NCBI GenBank assembly: GCA_963697485.1
Contig: CAVOOD010000007.1
Span: 190,611-254,610, forward strand
Direction: 5' to 3'
DNA length: 64,000 nt
DNA from: an uncultured beta proteobacterium
Lineage (GTDB): Bacteria; Pseudomonadota; Gammaproteobacteria; Burkholderiales; Casimicrobiaceae
Positions 52,298-61,520 of this stretch are shown piece by piece. The stretch's first letter is position 1. The number at the start of each line of letters is the position of its first letter. Both the position numbers and the translations under genes were made by a program. The notes under the pieces are model-generated. The model had not been told where the DNA came from and made no database searches. It was given only the letters and a program-made list of their open reading frames with translations.

Positions 52298-53271
52298 TCA
52301 CCTTCTCGCCAAGCGCGCCGGGATCGGCCGCGGGCAGCCGGCAATAATGCTGAAGATGCTGCCAGGAAACATTCCACGAATATCTGCGCCACTCGTCGCG
52401 CAGGAAGTTCGCGTACTGCTCGACGAGCGAGTCGACGCGCTCATCGTGGGTCGACTGCGGCCCGAGGACCTGAAAGGGTGCTCCGAACTCCATGACGAAC
52501 GACCCGCGCGGCGTAAATCGATAGGCGAGCAGGCACGACGTGAGCGCCAGTCTTGAGCGCGAGCTCGGCGAACCCGATGGCGAGTCGGCGCCGGCGCCCG
52601 AAGAACTCCACCGAACGCGAATTGTCGAGGTTCTGGCGGGCATCGGGCAGGTTGAAGACCAGGCCGCCTCGGCTGAGCCGCTGCTTGGCTGCGTGCATCT
52701 GCCGCGCGAGCTCGAAACGCTTCGTGGCCGGCGTCGCGAAACCCCTCTGCTCGAGCTGATCGTTGGTGAGGCCGAGCTCGAGGCCGTCGTGTCCGCGATG
52801 GCGGAGGTACGGTTGGAACAGGCGGCAGAACTGGCCGTGGACCGGCACGACGATGAGCCCCGCTCCGTCTTGCCGGCCTCGATCGAAGTGTTCCCACCCG
52901 ATGACGCGTGTCAGTCGCGCTACCAGCTCGGGCGGCCCGTTCGACAGACTCTGGAACCATCCGGCGAACCAGAGCCGGCCCAGCAGGCTCAGGCCGACGA
53001 ATTGGCGCCGCTCGGCGAGTGGCAAGCCGAACAGCGTCGCGAAACGATGAAGGAGATCGGCGTCTGCGGGCCAAACGTCCCTCTGCACCGGCGTCTGGCT
53101 ACAAAGGAACTTCAGCCAGCGCGCCTCCATGCGATGCGCGTTCTCGTCGCCTGCGCCGCGCCTCACGGCCTCGTCGACGAGCCGCTTGGCGCGGTCGAAC
53201 CGCTGCCGATTGAGCTCGGAGCTGAGATTCCGCCTGAGGTGACGCTCGATCGGTCTGATGAGGTAAATCAC
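52266..53271 (-). pseudogene. LpxL/HtrB-family (lipid A biosynthesis-type) acyltransferase, frame break near 52535
   Basis: Overall similarity to the Lip_A_acyltrans family (GLIVVPVHGQF... region, LSRGGLVFNLPD, AIGFAELALKTGAHVVPA). The C-terminus continues in ORF 52266..52643. The family assignment was made by eye. Confidence 0.55.
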
Positions 53272-53293
53272 GAGCGATTCATTCCGATCGGCG

Positions 53294-54622
53294 TTACTTG
53301 AGCGGAATGTCGAGCGGGCGTACGCGCTCGGTCGCCGCCCGATGCGCCGCGGGACTGTCGGCCATCGAGTCGAAGTTGCCGGAGCGATCGGTCAGCAAGG
53401 ACGCGGCGTACATCAGTGCCTGCGCCTGGGTGCTGCTGAATCCCATCGCCTCGCGAGCTTTCGCATGCCCGGCGTCGCTCGCCTGGTAGTAGGGCAGCGC
53501 GAGCGATCGGCTGAGCTCCAACCTAGCCTGCACCTGCGACGAGAAGATGGATCGATGCTCGTCGCGCCTGGCGCGCTGGCGAAAACACCGGTCGATCGTG
53601 TGTGCCGCCGCGTAGGCCGAGTACATGCCGAATACGACGCCCACCGAGAAGATAGGGTCGACGAAGCCCGCCGCGTCGCCGAGCAGGAAGAATCCCGGCC
53701 CGGCAACCCGGTTGGACCGGTACGAGTAGTTCCGTACGAGCCGCACCGACCCTTCGCAGAACGTCGCGTCGGCCAGCAGCCGCTGCAGCAGCGGCAACGC
53801 GCGGCATTGCCTCAAAAACCAGGCCTCCCACGACTCGCCGCTTGCTTTGCTTTCGCTCGCCCACGCCTTGGGGATGACGAGGCCGATGCTCGTCGACTCC
53901 CGCAGCATGATGTGCCAGAGCCAGGCCCATCCGTCGCCCTGCGGCAGCGCGCTGACGTACGTTGTCGGCGGCACTTCGCGCACCGACTGCGCCGGATAGA
54001 TCTGGCCGTCGGCCGCCAGATAGCTCGAGTTCGCGAAATAGCCCCACACGCTCATGAAGCGGAAGCCCTCGTCGAAAACGCGCAGTCCCAACTGCCTGCC
54101 GAGGACGCCGGTCTGCCCGCTGGCATCGACGACGTACCGGCAGCGAATCCGCGACGCGCTGCTCTCGCCGACCGGCCGATAGCTGACCGAGACTTCGCTC
54201 TCGTCGTCCTCCGCCCGCGAGAGATCCGCCCCCAGGACCGCGATCTCCTCGCCGACCCAGGCGCCGGACGCGCGCGCCCGCTCGAACAGAATCTGATCGA
54301 AGCGGTCGCGCTCGACATGCAGCGCGGGCCGCGTGTATCCGAAGTCGCCGAACGAAAGGCGGCGCATCTCGCCGTTCCAGTCGACGCTGCCCCCGGCCTT
54401 CCGCAGGAAACCTTCACCGGCGATCGCGTCGCTCACCCCGGCGGCGTCGCAGTACTTCCAGACATCGGGCAGCAGGCTCTCCCCCACTTGATACCGAGGG
54501 TGCTTCTGCCGCTCGAACAAGGCAACGGAGTAGCCCTTGTCGGTCAGGTAGGTCGCAGCGAGACTGCCCGCCGGCCCGCCGCCGATCACCACCACGTCGC
54601 ACGATTCGGGAACCGTGCTCAC
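53294..54622 (-). CDS. FAD-dependent halogenase-like oxidoreductase
   Basis: Rossmann VVVIGGGPAGSLAA; a WxWxI-type motif GWAWLWHIM; FVDPIFSVGV matching the halogenase Fx.Px.Sx.G motif. The GTG start overlaps the carrier-protein stop (GTGA). Confidence 0.65.
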   Translation of the reverse strand: MSTVPESCDVVVIGGGPAGSLAATYLTDKGYSVALFERQKHPRYQVGESLLPDVWKYCDAAGVSDAIAGEGFLRKAGGSVDWNGEMRRLSFGDFGYTRPALHVERDRFDQILFERARASGAWVGEEIAVLGADLSRAEDDESEVSVSYRPVGESSASRIRCRYVVDASGQTGVLGRQLGLRVFDEGFRFMSVWGYFANSSYLAADGQIYPAQSVREVPPTTYVSALPQGDGWAWLWHIMLRESTSIGLVIPKAWASESKASGESWEAWFLRQCRALPLLQRLLADATFCEGSVRLVRNYSYRSNRVAGPGFFLLGDAAGFVDPIFSVGVVFGMYSAYAAAHTIDRCFRQRARRDEHRSIFSSQVQARLELSRSLALPYYQASDAGHAKAREAMGFSSTQAQALMYAASLLTDRSGNFDSMADSPAAHRAATERVRPLDIPLK

Positions 54623-54882
54623 GGGGGGAGTTTCTTCACGATCAGATTCCTGACCGCCCGCAGCGTCTGGAAATTTTCGATGAGGACTTCGTCGGGCTCG
54701 ATCGAAACCGCGAACTTCTCTTCGACGAACGCGATGAGCTTGAAGATGCCCAGCGAATCGACCAAGCCTTCGGCGATGATGTCGGTATCCGGCGCGACGA
54801 CGATCGCGCCTTCCCGCCCCGCTTCTTCCTGTGTGAAGAACCGTGCGAGCGTGTCGAAGATTTGCTGGTCGGTATAGATCAT
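54619..54882 (-). CDS. Acyl/peptidyl carrier protein, DltC-like
   Basis: 87 aa. EGLVDSLGIFKLIAFVEEKF contains the phosphopantetheine-Ser motif in a DltC-like context. The ATG overlaps the upstream stop (ATGA). Confidence 0.8.
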   Translation of the reverse strand: MIYTDQQIFDTLARFFTQEEAGREGAIVVAPDTDIIAEGLVDSLGIFKLIAFVEEKFAVSIEPDEVLIENFQTLRAVRNLIVKKLPP

Positions 54883-55863
54883 GGCGCTTTGAAGATCTCC
54901 GTGTTGGGGATGGCAGGCGGCGAACTCGTACCACTCTCCAACGCCGGATTCGAGGTACGCGAGCTGCGTTCCGGCGAGAGGGCCGGAGATCGCTTCGCCC
55001 ATTTCGTTCCACACCGACCCGGTCTGTTCGTCGTACACCCCGCGCGCTTCGGAGTAGCCGAACACCAGGATGCGATCGCCGACCCGGCGATGAAAGGCCA
55101 GCGCCTGCAAGGTCCCGGGCCGGCAGCGCAGGACGATCTCCGCACCGCCGAGCGAGTCGTTCAGGACCGGCCCGATCCGCGCCAACGCCTGCAGCGGATA
55201 CGCCCGGGCCTTCGCTCGCGTTCTCGACGCCGAGGACGAGCGTGTTGTGCGGGAGTCGCTCGTCGAGGGGCCTGACGAGCGTGGCGAGAAACCCAGGCGA
55301 GATGCCGGGCGAACCGGGTGAAAGTGGCTCCCGCGCCCCTCGCGCAACGCCTGCTCGGCGTACAGAACCATTGTCGTCGGATGCATCGCGAGCCACTCGC
55401 TCCACAGACACTGCGAGAGCGGGAGGCGCTTGAGGGCCGCCCCTCGCATCGCGCCGGCCAGCGCAACGCCGGTGAACGGCGACCAAAGGCTATCGGTCGA
55501 GCTGGTCTTCCAGGAGCATCGTGCCGTTGTACTGCCCTCGCAGACGAAAGAGCGAGACGCTGCCCTTCGACCTCCGCCCGAAAGGCCGACGCGCTGCTGC
55601 ACATCGCGCAGAGCGTCACGACCACGGGCCGATCGTCGAAGGCGAGGTTCGCGACGTGAGGGTGCTCTCATGATCCACCACGGCAGCGCCCAGGCGCGGC
55701 GGCCCAGATAGAGCCCGAGGACCGGGTCGTCGTCGCGAAGGTGGTCGTACACGTCGGTCCAGACCGGGTCGTTCAGCGGCTGAGGCGCCCTTGTCGCGAG
55801 TTCTTTCGCTTCAAACAGGTGCGCTTGCGGCAGTTCGCAGTGGGTGTCGACGGTTTCAACCAT
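54879..55863 (-). pseudogene. DUF3179-domain protein, at least 4 frame breaks
   Basis: PVLGLYLGRRAWALPWWIM, VVTLCAMCSSASAF (other frame), DSLWSPFTGVALAGAMRGAALKRLP, WSEWLAMHPTTMVL and the C-terminus HP-NTEIFKAP stop (an extra c in a cccc run). Confidence 0.65.
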
Positions 55864-57425
55864 GGGGAAGCTCCTCGTGCAGCCGCAGTCGGTCGACTTT
55901 GCCGGTGCTGCCGCGCGGAAGCGACCCGCGCACCGCGATCGACAGCGGAATCATATACGCAGGGAGACGTTCGGCGCAAAACGCACGAAGCTTGCCGGCA
56001 TCCAACGCGCGCCCGGCCTTGGCGACCGCCGCGGCGCGTATCACGTGGCCGCTCTCCTCGTCGGGTATGGCGATGGCTGCCGCCTCCGCTACGTCCGGAT
56101 GCTGGTGCAAAACACTTTCGATTTCACCAAGCTCGATGCGGTAGCCGCGGCTTTTTACCATTCCGTCCCGGCGGCCGAGAAGATGAAGCAGCCCGGCGCC
56201 ATCCTCGCGCACGAGGTCTCCGGTCCGATACCAGAGGGCGCCCTCGCTCCGTTCGCCGCGAGAGACGAGGGCATGTGCGGTGGCGTCGGGCATCGCCTGG
56301 TAGCCGGTCATCACGCTCGGGCCGCTGACGTAGAGCTCGCCCGTTTCGCCTGGCTCGCACACCGACCCCGCGTCGTTCACGACGAGCAGCTTGCTGTTCG
56401 CGCACGCTGTGCCGATCGGCACGGGCGCTGTCTGCTCTGGCGGCAGCGCGTCGACTGCGTAGGCGGTGCAGACGTTGGTCTCGGTCGGCCCGTACCAGTT
56501 CCAGTAGCGCGCGCCGGGGATTTGCTCGCGCAGGCGGCGCAGATGCGCGACCGGGAAGACTTCGCCGGCGAAAATGATCTGGCGCAGCTGCGACCAGTCG
56601 TGGCGCTCGAGTCCGCCCGAGAGCGCGAGTCGCGCGAGCAGCGAAGGTACCGAGTACCAGACGGTGATCCGCTGCGCTGCGATCCAGTCCGCGAGATTGC
56701 GTGGGAAGACGTTGAGGCCCGGCGGCACCAGTGCAACGCAGGCGCCCGCCTTGCAACTCGCGAAGAGGTCGAACACCGACAGATCGAAGTGCAGCGGTGC
56801 GTGGCTCGACACGACGTCGGTCGGGGCGAGCGCTGTGGCCTCGGCCGCCCAATCGACGAACGAGAGCGCGGCGCGATGGCTGAGCACGACACCTTTTGGC
56901 TGTCCGGTCGAGCCCGACGTGTAGAGGATGTACGCCGTGCACGAAGGATCGCGCTCTTCCCGACCGGCGCTCTTGTCCGGCACCGGAACACGCGAGGGGT
57001 TCGCCCTTTCGAAGCCAAACTCCACGTCGACCGGCCGCGGCGCCGCGCGAGCGATGCCGACGAAGGCCGGCGCGGACGCGAGCGCGGGAGCGAGCAGCGG
57101 CCACCACTTCGGCGTGGAGAAGATACCGCAAAGGTCGCCGTTCTCGACGATACGCGCGACTCGCTTGACAGGCGACGCGACGTCGAGCGGCACGTACGCG
57201 GCCCCGGCCCGGAGCACGCCCCACATGGCGACGATCGCGTGGAGCGACTTGTCCAGGTAGAGTCCGACGCGATTTCCGGGCCCCGCGCCTTGTGCGACGA
57301 GCTCGATCGGCGAGGCGGGCGGAGGACTCGTCCAGCTCGCGATAGCTGATCGACTTCGCCCCGTCGACGACCGCCGTCCGGTCCGGATACCTGGCCGCGC
57401 TTTGGATCAGCAGATCGTCGAGCAT
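55856..57425 (-). pseudogene. Stand-alone amino-acid adenylation (AMP-binding) enzyme, DltA/NRPS A-domain-like, one frame break near 57305
   Basis: A-domain core motifs are present: LYTSGSTGQPKGV, FDLSVFDLF, NWYGPTETNV, YRTGDLV, GRRDGMVKSRGYRIELGEIE and PRGSTGKVDR. Confidence 0.85.
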
Positions 57426-57743
57426 CGTCGGATGGGTCAGAGATCCCCCCGCGGCCGGCACCTTCGCTGATCGGACCTCATCGCACGATCAAGCGACGCA
57501 TTTGGCGCAAAATACGTGCAATTGCGCGTAAATCGCGCCGCGGATTCCGAGCTTCGCCTCATAGCCTCATTGGCCGCTTTGTCGATGATGGGCCGCTAGC
57601 TTATCCTAACCATGGTCCACCATGTCGGATGTGGTCCTACGAGGAAATCAGTTCTTATCTGATGGTCGCCAAGTCCGCTAATCACCAGACTGGCTGGAGT
57701 CCGACGGCCGTAATAGCAGCTTAACTGTTAGGGAGTTAAACCC

Positions 57744-58775
57744 ATGCGGTACCTGATAATCGCGCTTGCGATCCTCCTTGCCTCCGCGCTTCCTGCTCGC
57801 GCGCAGTTCAGCATCGATTTCAACGCCCCGGGCGTCAGTATCGGTGTCAACATGCCCGTGTATCCGCAGCTCGTTCTCATACCGGGCTACCCGGTCTATT
57901 ACGACCCCCAGGTGAATTCGAACTACTTCTTCTACGACGGCCTTTACTGGGTCTACTGGGGAGACAACTGGTACACGAGCGAGTGGTACAACGGCCCATG
58001 GCAGCTGGTCGCGCCTGAGTATGTGCCCCAGTTCCTGCTGCTCGTTCCCGTGCGCTACTACCGTTCTCCGCCGAGTTATTTCCTAAGCTGGGGTCGCGAT
58101 GCGCCGCCGCACTGGGGTGAACATTGGGGCGGCAGTTGGTCACAGCGTCGCGCCGGATGGGACAGGTGGGATCGGCGGTCGGTCGCCGCCGCGCCTCTGC
58201 CGGTTTACCAACGGCAATATTCCGGCAGTCGCTATCCTCGCGCCGCCGAGCAGCAGCAAGTGATTCGCACGCAGAATTATCGTTATCAGCCACGCGATGC
58301 CGAAGTGACCCAACACTTCCGGCAGCGAGCCGTCCAAGGGCAGCCACGAGGGCAGCAGCAGGTCCAACAACAGAATCAGCAACAGCTCCAGCCACAGGGC
58401 AATGCCGCCCGCGCCCGCGTGCAGACGCAACAGCCTGTGCAGCAGGGCGCGGCGCCGCAGGTTGAACAACTGAAGATGAATCGACAGCGTCAGCAGCAAC
58501 AGGTGCAGCAACAGCAACAGGTTCAGCAGCAACAGCAACAGGGGCGTCAAAACGGTCCGCAGGAAAAGGCGCGCGTCAATGCAGGCCCGCCGCAGGCCCA
58601 GGGTCCCGCGCCCAGGGGCGCGCCCAGGGAAACGAAGGCCGCTGCGCAAGGTCCGGGGCCGCAGGGCGGGGGCAGGGCAGGACCGCAGGAAGCCAAGGGC
58701 GGATCGCAAGACAAGGGAAACGAGAAAGGGGCGCGGGGCGGACAGGTCAAGGGAGACGAAAAGAAGAAGGAGTGA
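57744..58775 (+). CDS. Secreted protein with a Trp/Tyr-rich N-domain and a Gln-rich, then Gly/Lys-rich, low-complexity tail
   Basis: Signal peptide ending ARA-QF, then YFFYDGLYWVYWGDNWYTSEWYNGPWQLV (reminiscent of YXWGXW-type repeats). Long Q runs follow (QQQVQQQQQVQQQQQQ). Confidence 0.6.
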   Translation: MRYLIIALAILLASALPARAQFSIDFNAPGVSIGVNMPVYPQLVLIPGYPVYYDPQVNSNYFFYDGLYWVYWGDNWYTSEWYNGPWQLVAPEYVPQFLLLVPVRYYRSPPSYFLSWGRDAPPHWGEHWGGSWSQRRAGWDRWDRRSVAAAPLPVYQRQYSGSRYPRAAEQQQVIRTQNYRYQPRDAEVTQHFRQRAVQGQPRGQQQVQQQNQQQLQPQGNAARARVQTQQPVQQGAAPQVEQLKMNRQRQQQQVQQQQQVQQQQQQGRQNGPQEKARVNAGPPQAQGPAPRGAPRETKAAAQGPGPQGGGRAGPQEAKGGSQDKGNEKGARGGQVKGDEKKKE

Positions 58776-58816
58776 CGCCGTGAGCCGACATGCGGTTCTC
58801 GACTGAGGAGGTAAAA

Positions 58817-59131
58817 ATGAGCGCTACCGGATCCGGTCGCAACCATGCCCCGAGGGCCAAGGATGTCCGCGACCAGCTATCGCAAGTCGAATCGATGCTC
58901 GGTCAAGCGGCCAGGGAAACCGGGGAAAAGGCGAGTAGCTTGTTCTCCCAGGTGGAGGCGAGGCTGCGCTCGGCCACCGACGCGGTGCAGAGCCTGCAGG
59001 AGGATGCGATCGGTCGCGCCCGAGCCGCCGGGCGGGTTGCCGATGACTATGTCAGTGACAATCCGTGGCAGATGATCGGTGTCGCCGCCGCCATCGGTTT
59101 TCTGGCCGGCGCGCTGCTGAGTCGTCGCTGA
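58817..59131 (+). CDS. DUF883 (ElaB/YqjD-like) membrane-anchored stress protein
   Basis: SD gaggagg precedes the ATG at 58817. A helical N-part is followed by the C-terminal anchor DNPWQMIGVAAAIGFLAGALLSRR. Confidence 0.8.
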   Translation: MSATGSGRNHAPRAKDVRDQLSQVESMLGQAARETGEKASSLFSQVEARLRSATDAVQSLQEDAIGRARAAGRVADDYVSDNPWQMIGVAAAIGFLAGALLSRR

Positions 59132-59215
59132 GATGCGCGTCGATCAAACCTGTCCCCGGCGCGGCTCGGCATCCCGACCCGCGCTGGTCAGTCTGGGCAC
59201 TCGAGGGGATCCTTC

Positions 59216-59389
59216 ATGCTGAAATGGGCTCTGATCTTTTTTCTGATTTCGCTTGTCGCCGGCTTCTTCGGCTTTACCGGCGCTGCAGCAGACTTCAGGG
59301 GCATCGCCAAGATCCTGTTCTTCATCGCGATTGCGATATTTCTCATCGTCCTGATCTTCGGCGTGTTCCTGGGCACGCTGGTGTTCTGA
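59216..59389 (+). CDS. DUF1328 (UPF0391) small membrane protein, 57 aa; not in the ORF track
   Basis: Own translation: [57 protein letters not shown], which matches the family pattern. Confidence 0.75.
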   Translation: MLKWALIFFLISLVAGFFGFTGAAADFRGIAKILFFIAIAIFLIVLIFGVFLGTLVF

Positions 59390-59478
59390 TTCACGGCGAC
59401 GCCGTCTGAACTTCGGGCAGACGGCGCGGCCCCTTAGGCGTCGGCAGCCGGCGCCACCTGAAGGAATCGGAGCCTCAT

Positions 59479-59979
59479 ATGTTCAAATCACTGCTTGGGC
59501 TCGTCATTGCTGTCGTCCTGGCTGATGGCGCCCTGGCCCAGCCGGCCAATACCCCCGAGCAGGAGGCAAGAACGGTCGGTCCGTATCTGTACCTGGCCGA
59601 TTCGGATGGCAACAAGGTTCTGCTAAGTACGCAATTCTGGCGCAACGATCCGAAATACGACGACCGCGCATTCCACCGCTTTCTGGATGTCATGGAGGCC
59701 CTCGAGAAGCGCGGATTCCGCAAGAACGACAAGGCCGTGATCGACTGGGACAAGCCCGAGCCGGTCGTTCGCTGCTACATCTATCTCGAGGACCTGCAGA
59801 CGGCGAAGAAGGCGAAAGGCGCCGTCGTCAGCGATTCCCGCCTGTGGTGCGCAGACAACGGCGCGTCCGAACACGAAGTAAGGCCATCCGATACGCCGAA
59901 GCACGTCGACGAAGTCATGAAGTATTTCGACGAATATTTCGCGCGGGCGAAGGCCAAGGTGCACAAGAAAAGCGCCTAG
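59479..59979 (+). CDS. Secreted hypothetical protein
   Basis: Signal peptide [20 protein letters not shown], and the ORF is intact. I recognised no family. Confidence 0.5.
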   Translation: MFKSLLGLVIAVVLADGALAQPANTPEQEARTVGPYLYLADSDGNKVLLSTQFWRNDPKYDDRAFHRFLDVMEALEKRGFRKNDKAVIDWDKPEPVVRCYIYLEDLQTAKKAKGAVVSDSRLWCADNGASEHEVRPSDTPKHVDEVMKYFDEYFARAKAKVHKKSA

Positions 59980-60019
59980 GGTAGGACCTACGGCCTCGGC
60001 GGTATCCCGTACTGCCACT

Positions 60020-60145
60020 GCTCGCGGCGTTGCGAATCCCGAGCCAAACGCGCTGATCGGCGAAATGGTGATAGCTGGCGAATTGCTCAATCGGTCCAAT
60101 CGCAACGAGAACGATGACCGCGATGGCGATGAGCGCTATCGGCAA
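60020..60145 (-). pseudogene. N-terminal fragment of a ceramidase-like membrane-protein gene (truncated)
   Basis: A TTG-start peptide [37 protein letters not shown] resembles the N-terminus (YHxFADxR..GIPN) of bacterial alkaline-ceramidase-like proteins. Similarity stops abruptly near 60020. Confidence 0.3.
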
Positions 60146-60198
60146 GTAACGCAGATACCGGGTCGCGGCTTGGTCCGTCGCGACCGCAAGCCGAATCG

Positions 60199-61264
60199 CT
60201 AGAGCTTGCTCGCGTAGTCCTTCTGCACCTTCTTGATGCGCTCGTGCGAGCCCAGGAACGCGTGCTTCGACATGTCGGCGGAGTACTTGCTCGCCGGCGG
60301 ATGCTTGCCGACCGCTTCGGCCAGCGCGCGGATGTGATGCGGCCCGGCGCCGCAGCACACGCCGAGATAGCGGATGTCCAGGCGCCAGCGCCTCGCGGCC
60401 GAATTCGGCGATCTCGAAGCGATTGCAGGTGAACGGGTCGAGCGCGACCGGGAACGGCCGGCTGACCCTTCGTCGTAGTGCCAGTGCGCATCGCGCAGCG
60501 ACTGGAACGACGGCTCGCGCTCGCTGGTGCGATACGGAACCGGCAGCGCCGCGATGTGCGTCTTGACCGCGGCGCGGATCTCGCGCAGCAGCGGCATCAT
60601 CGTCGCCGGGCCGCGGATGCAGTTGAGGCCGACGACGTCGGCGCCGGCGTCGGCCAGCCGCTTGCACGCGTCGACGACGCTCCAGTTCTCGCGCGTCACG
60701 TCGGCCTGGTGCATCGCCAGCGTGATCACCGCCGTCTGCCCGGCGCGCTTGACCACGTCGAGCGCGATCAGCGCTTCCTGCGCATAGGAGAACGTCTCGC
60801 CGATGATGAAATCGACGCCGGCGTCGACCGCCCAGCCGACCTGCTCCTCGAACATCGCGCGCACCGCCTTGTGCGACGCCGCGTCGGCCGGATCGTAGAC
60901 GTTGGTGTTGCAGATGTCGCCGGCGAAGAGCGCGCCGGTTTCCGCGCGCCACGGTCTTGGCGATCTCGAGCGCGCGCCGGTTGATCGGCTCGAGGTCCTT
61001 CTCGCGGCCGATGATGCGCAGCTTCTCGCGATGCGCGTAGTAGGTGAGCGCTTCGACGACGTCGGATCCGGCGTGCACGAAGTCGCGGTGCAGCTGCGCG
61101 ACGACTTCGGGGTGCTCGAGCACCACCTCGGGGACGAAGGCGCCGGCCTGCAGATAGCCGCGCCGTTCGAGCTCGAACACGTAGCCCTCGGCGCAGATCA
61201 CCGGGCCCTGATCGAGACGTTCCAGCAGCGAGTTCGATGGGCGTTGCGTTGCGGTCGCGGTCAT
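60199..61264 (-). pseudogene. Betaine/homocysteine S-methyltransferase-family enzyme, about 3 frame breaks (near 60945, 60470, 60385)
   Basis: [63 protein letters not shown] and [18 protein letters not shown] (zinc-binding Cys pair). Confidence 0.8.
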
Positions 61265-61520
61265 GGCGTCTGCCTTGGGAGTGGAGCGCGCGACTATCGC
61301 ACCTTTGCCGGCCGCGACCAGTCGCCAGCCGACGCCGATTGTCGCCGGTGCGACATCGGCGGCTCCGACCCGGGCCTGGCGCGTCGCCGCTCGCGCCGGG
61401 GCAGCCGGCGTCCGCACCATGGACCAACCCGGGTCGCATCTGGAACACTTGCGGCCCGGCGCGCCGACTATGCTGGCGGCGAGCGCCCGCGGCACGCGCG
61501 CAAGCGCTCGGAGGATGGCG

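Noticed and set aside
54619-55863. 414-aa ORF suggesting a DUF3179/carrier-protein fusion
   Set aside because: The continuous frame is created by an extra c in a cccc run near 54900. In the corrected frame DUF3179 ends ...HPNTEIFKAP with a TGA at 54879 that overlaps the carrier-protein ATG.
58330-58560. CAG/CAA-rich stretch considered as a contingency (phase-variation) microsatellite
   Set aside because: The codons are mixed (cag, caa, gtg, ctc interruptions), so no long perfect repeat exists that would promote slippage. It is better described as a Q-rich coding region.
45130-60145. Search for an integrase, transposase, IS ends or conjugation genes in the accessory tract
   Set aside because: No ORF-track product or frame-corrected reading showed recombinase (R..HxxR..Y) or DDE-type motifs. 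I therefore did not call a mobile element, only an island-like remnant.
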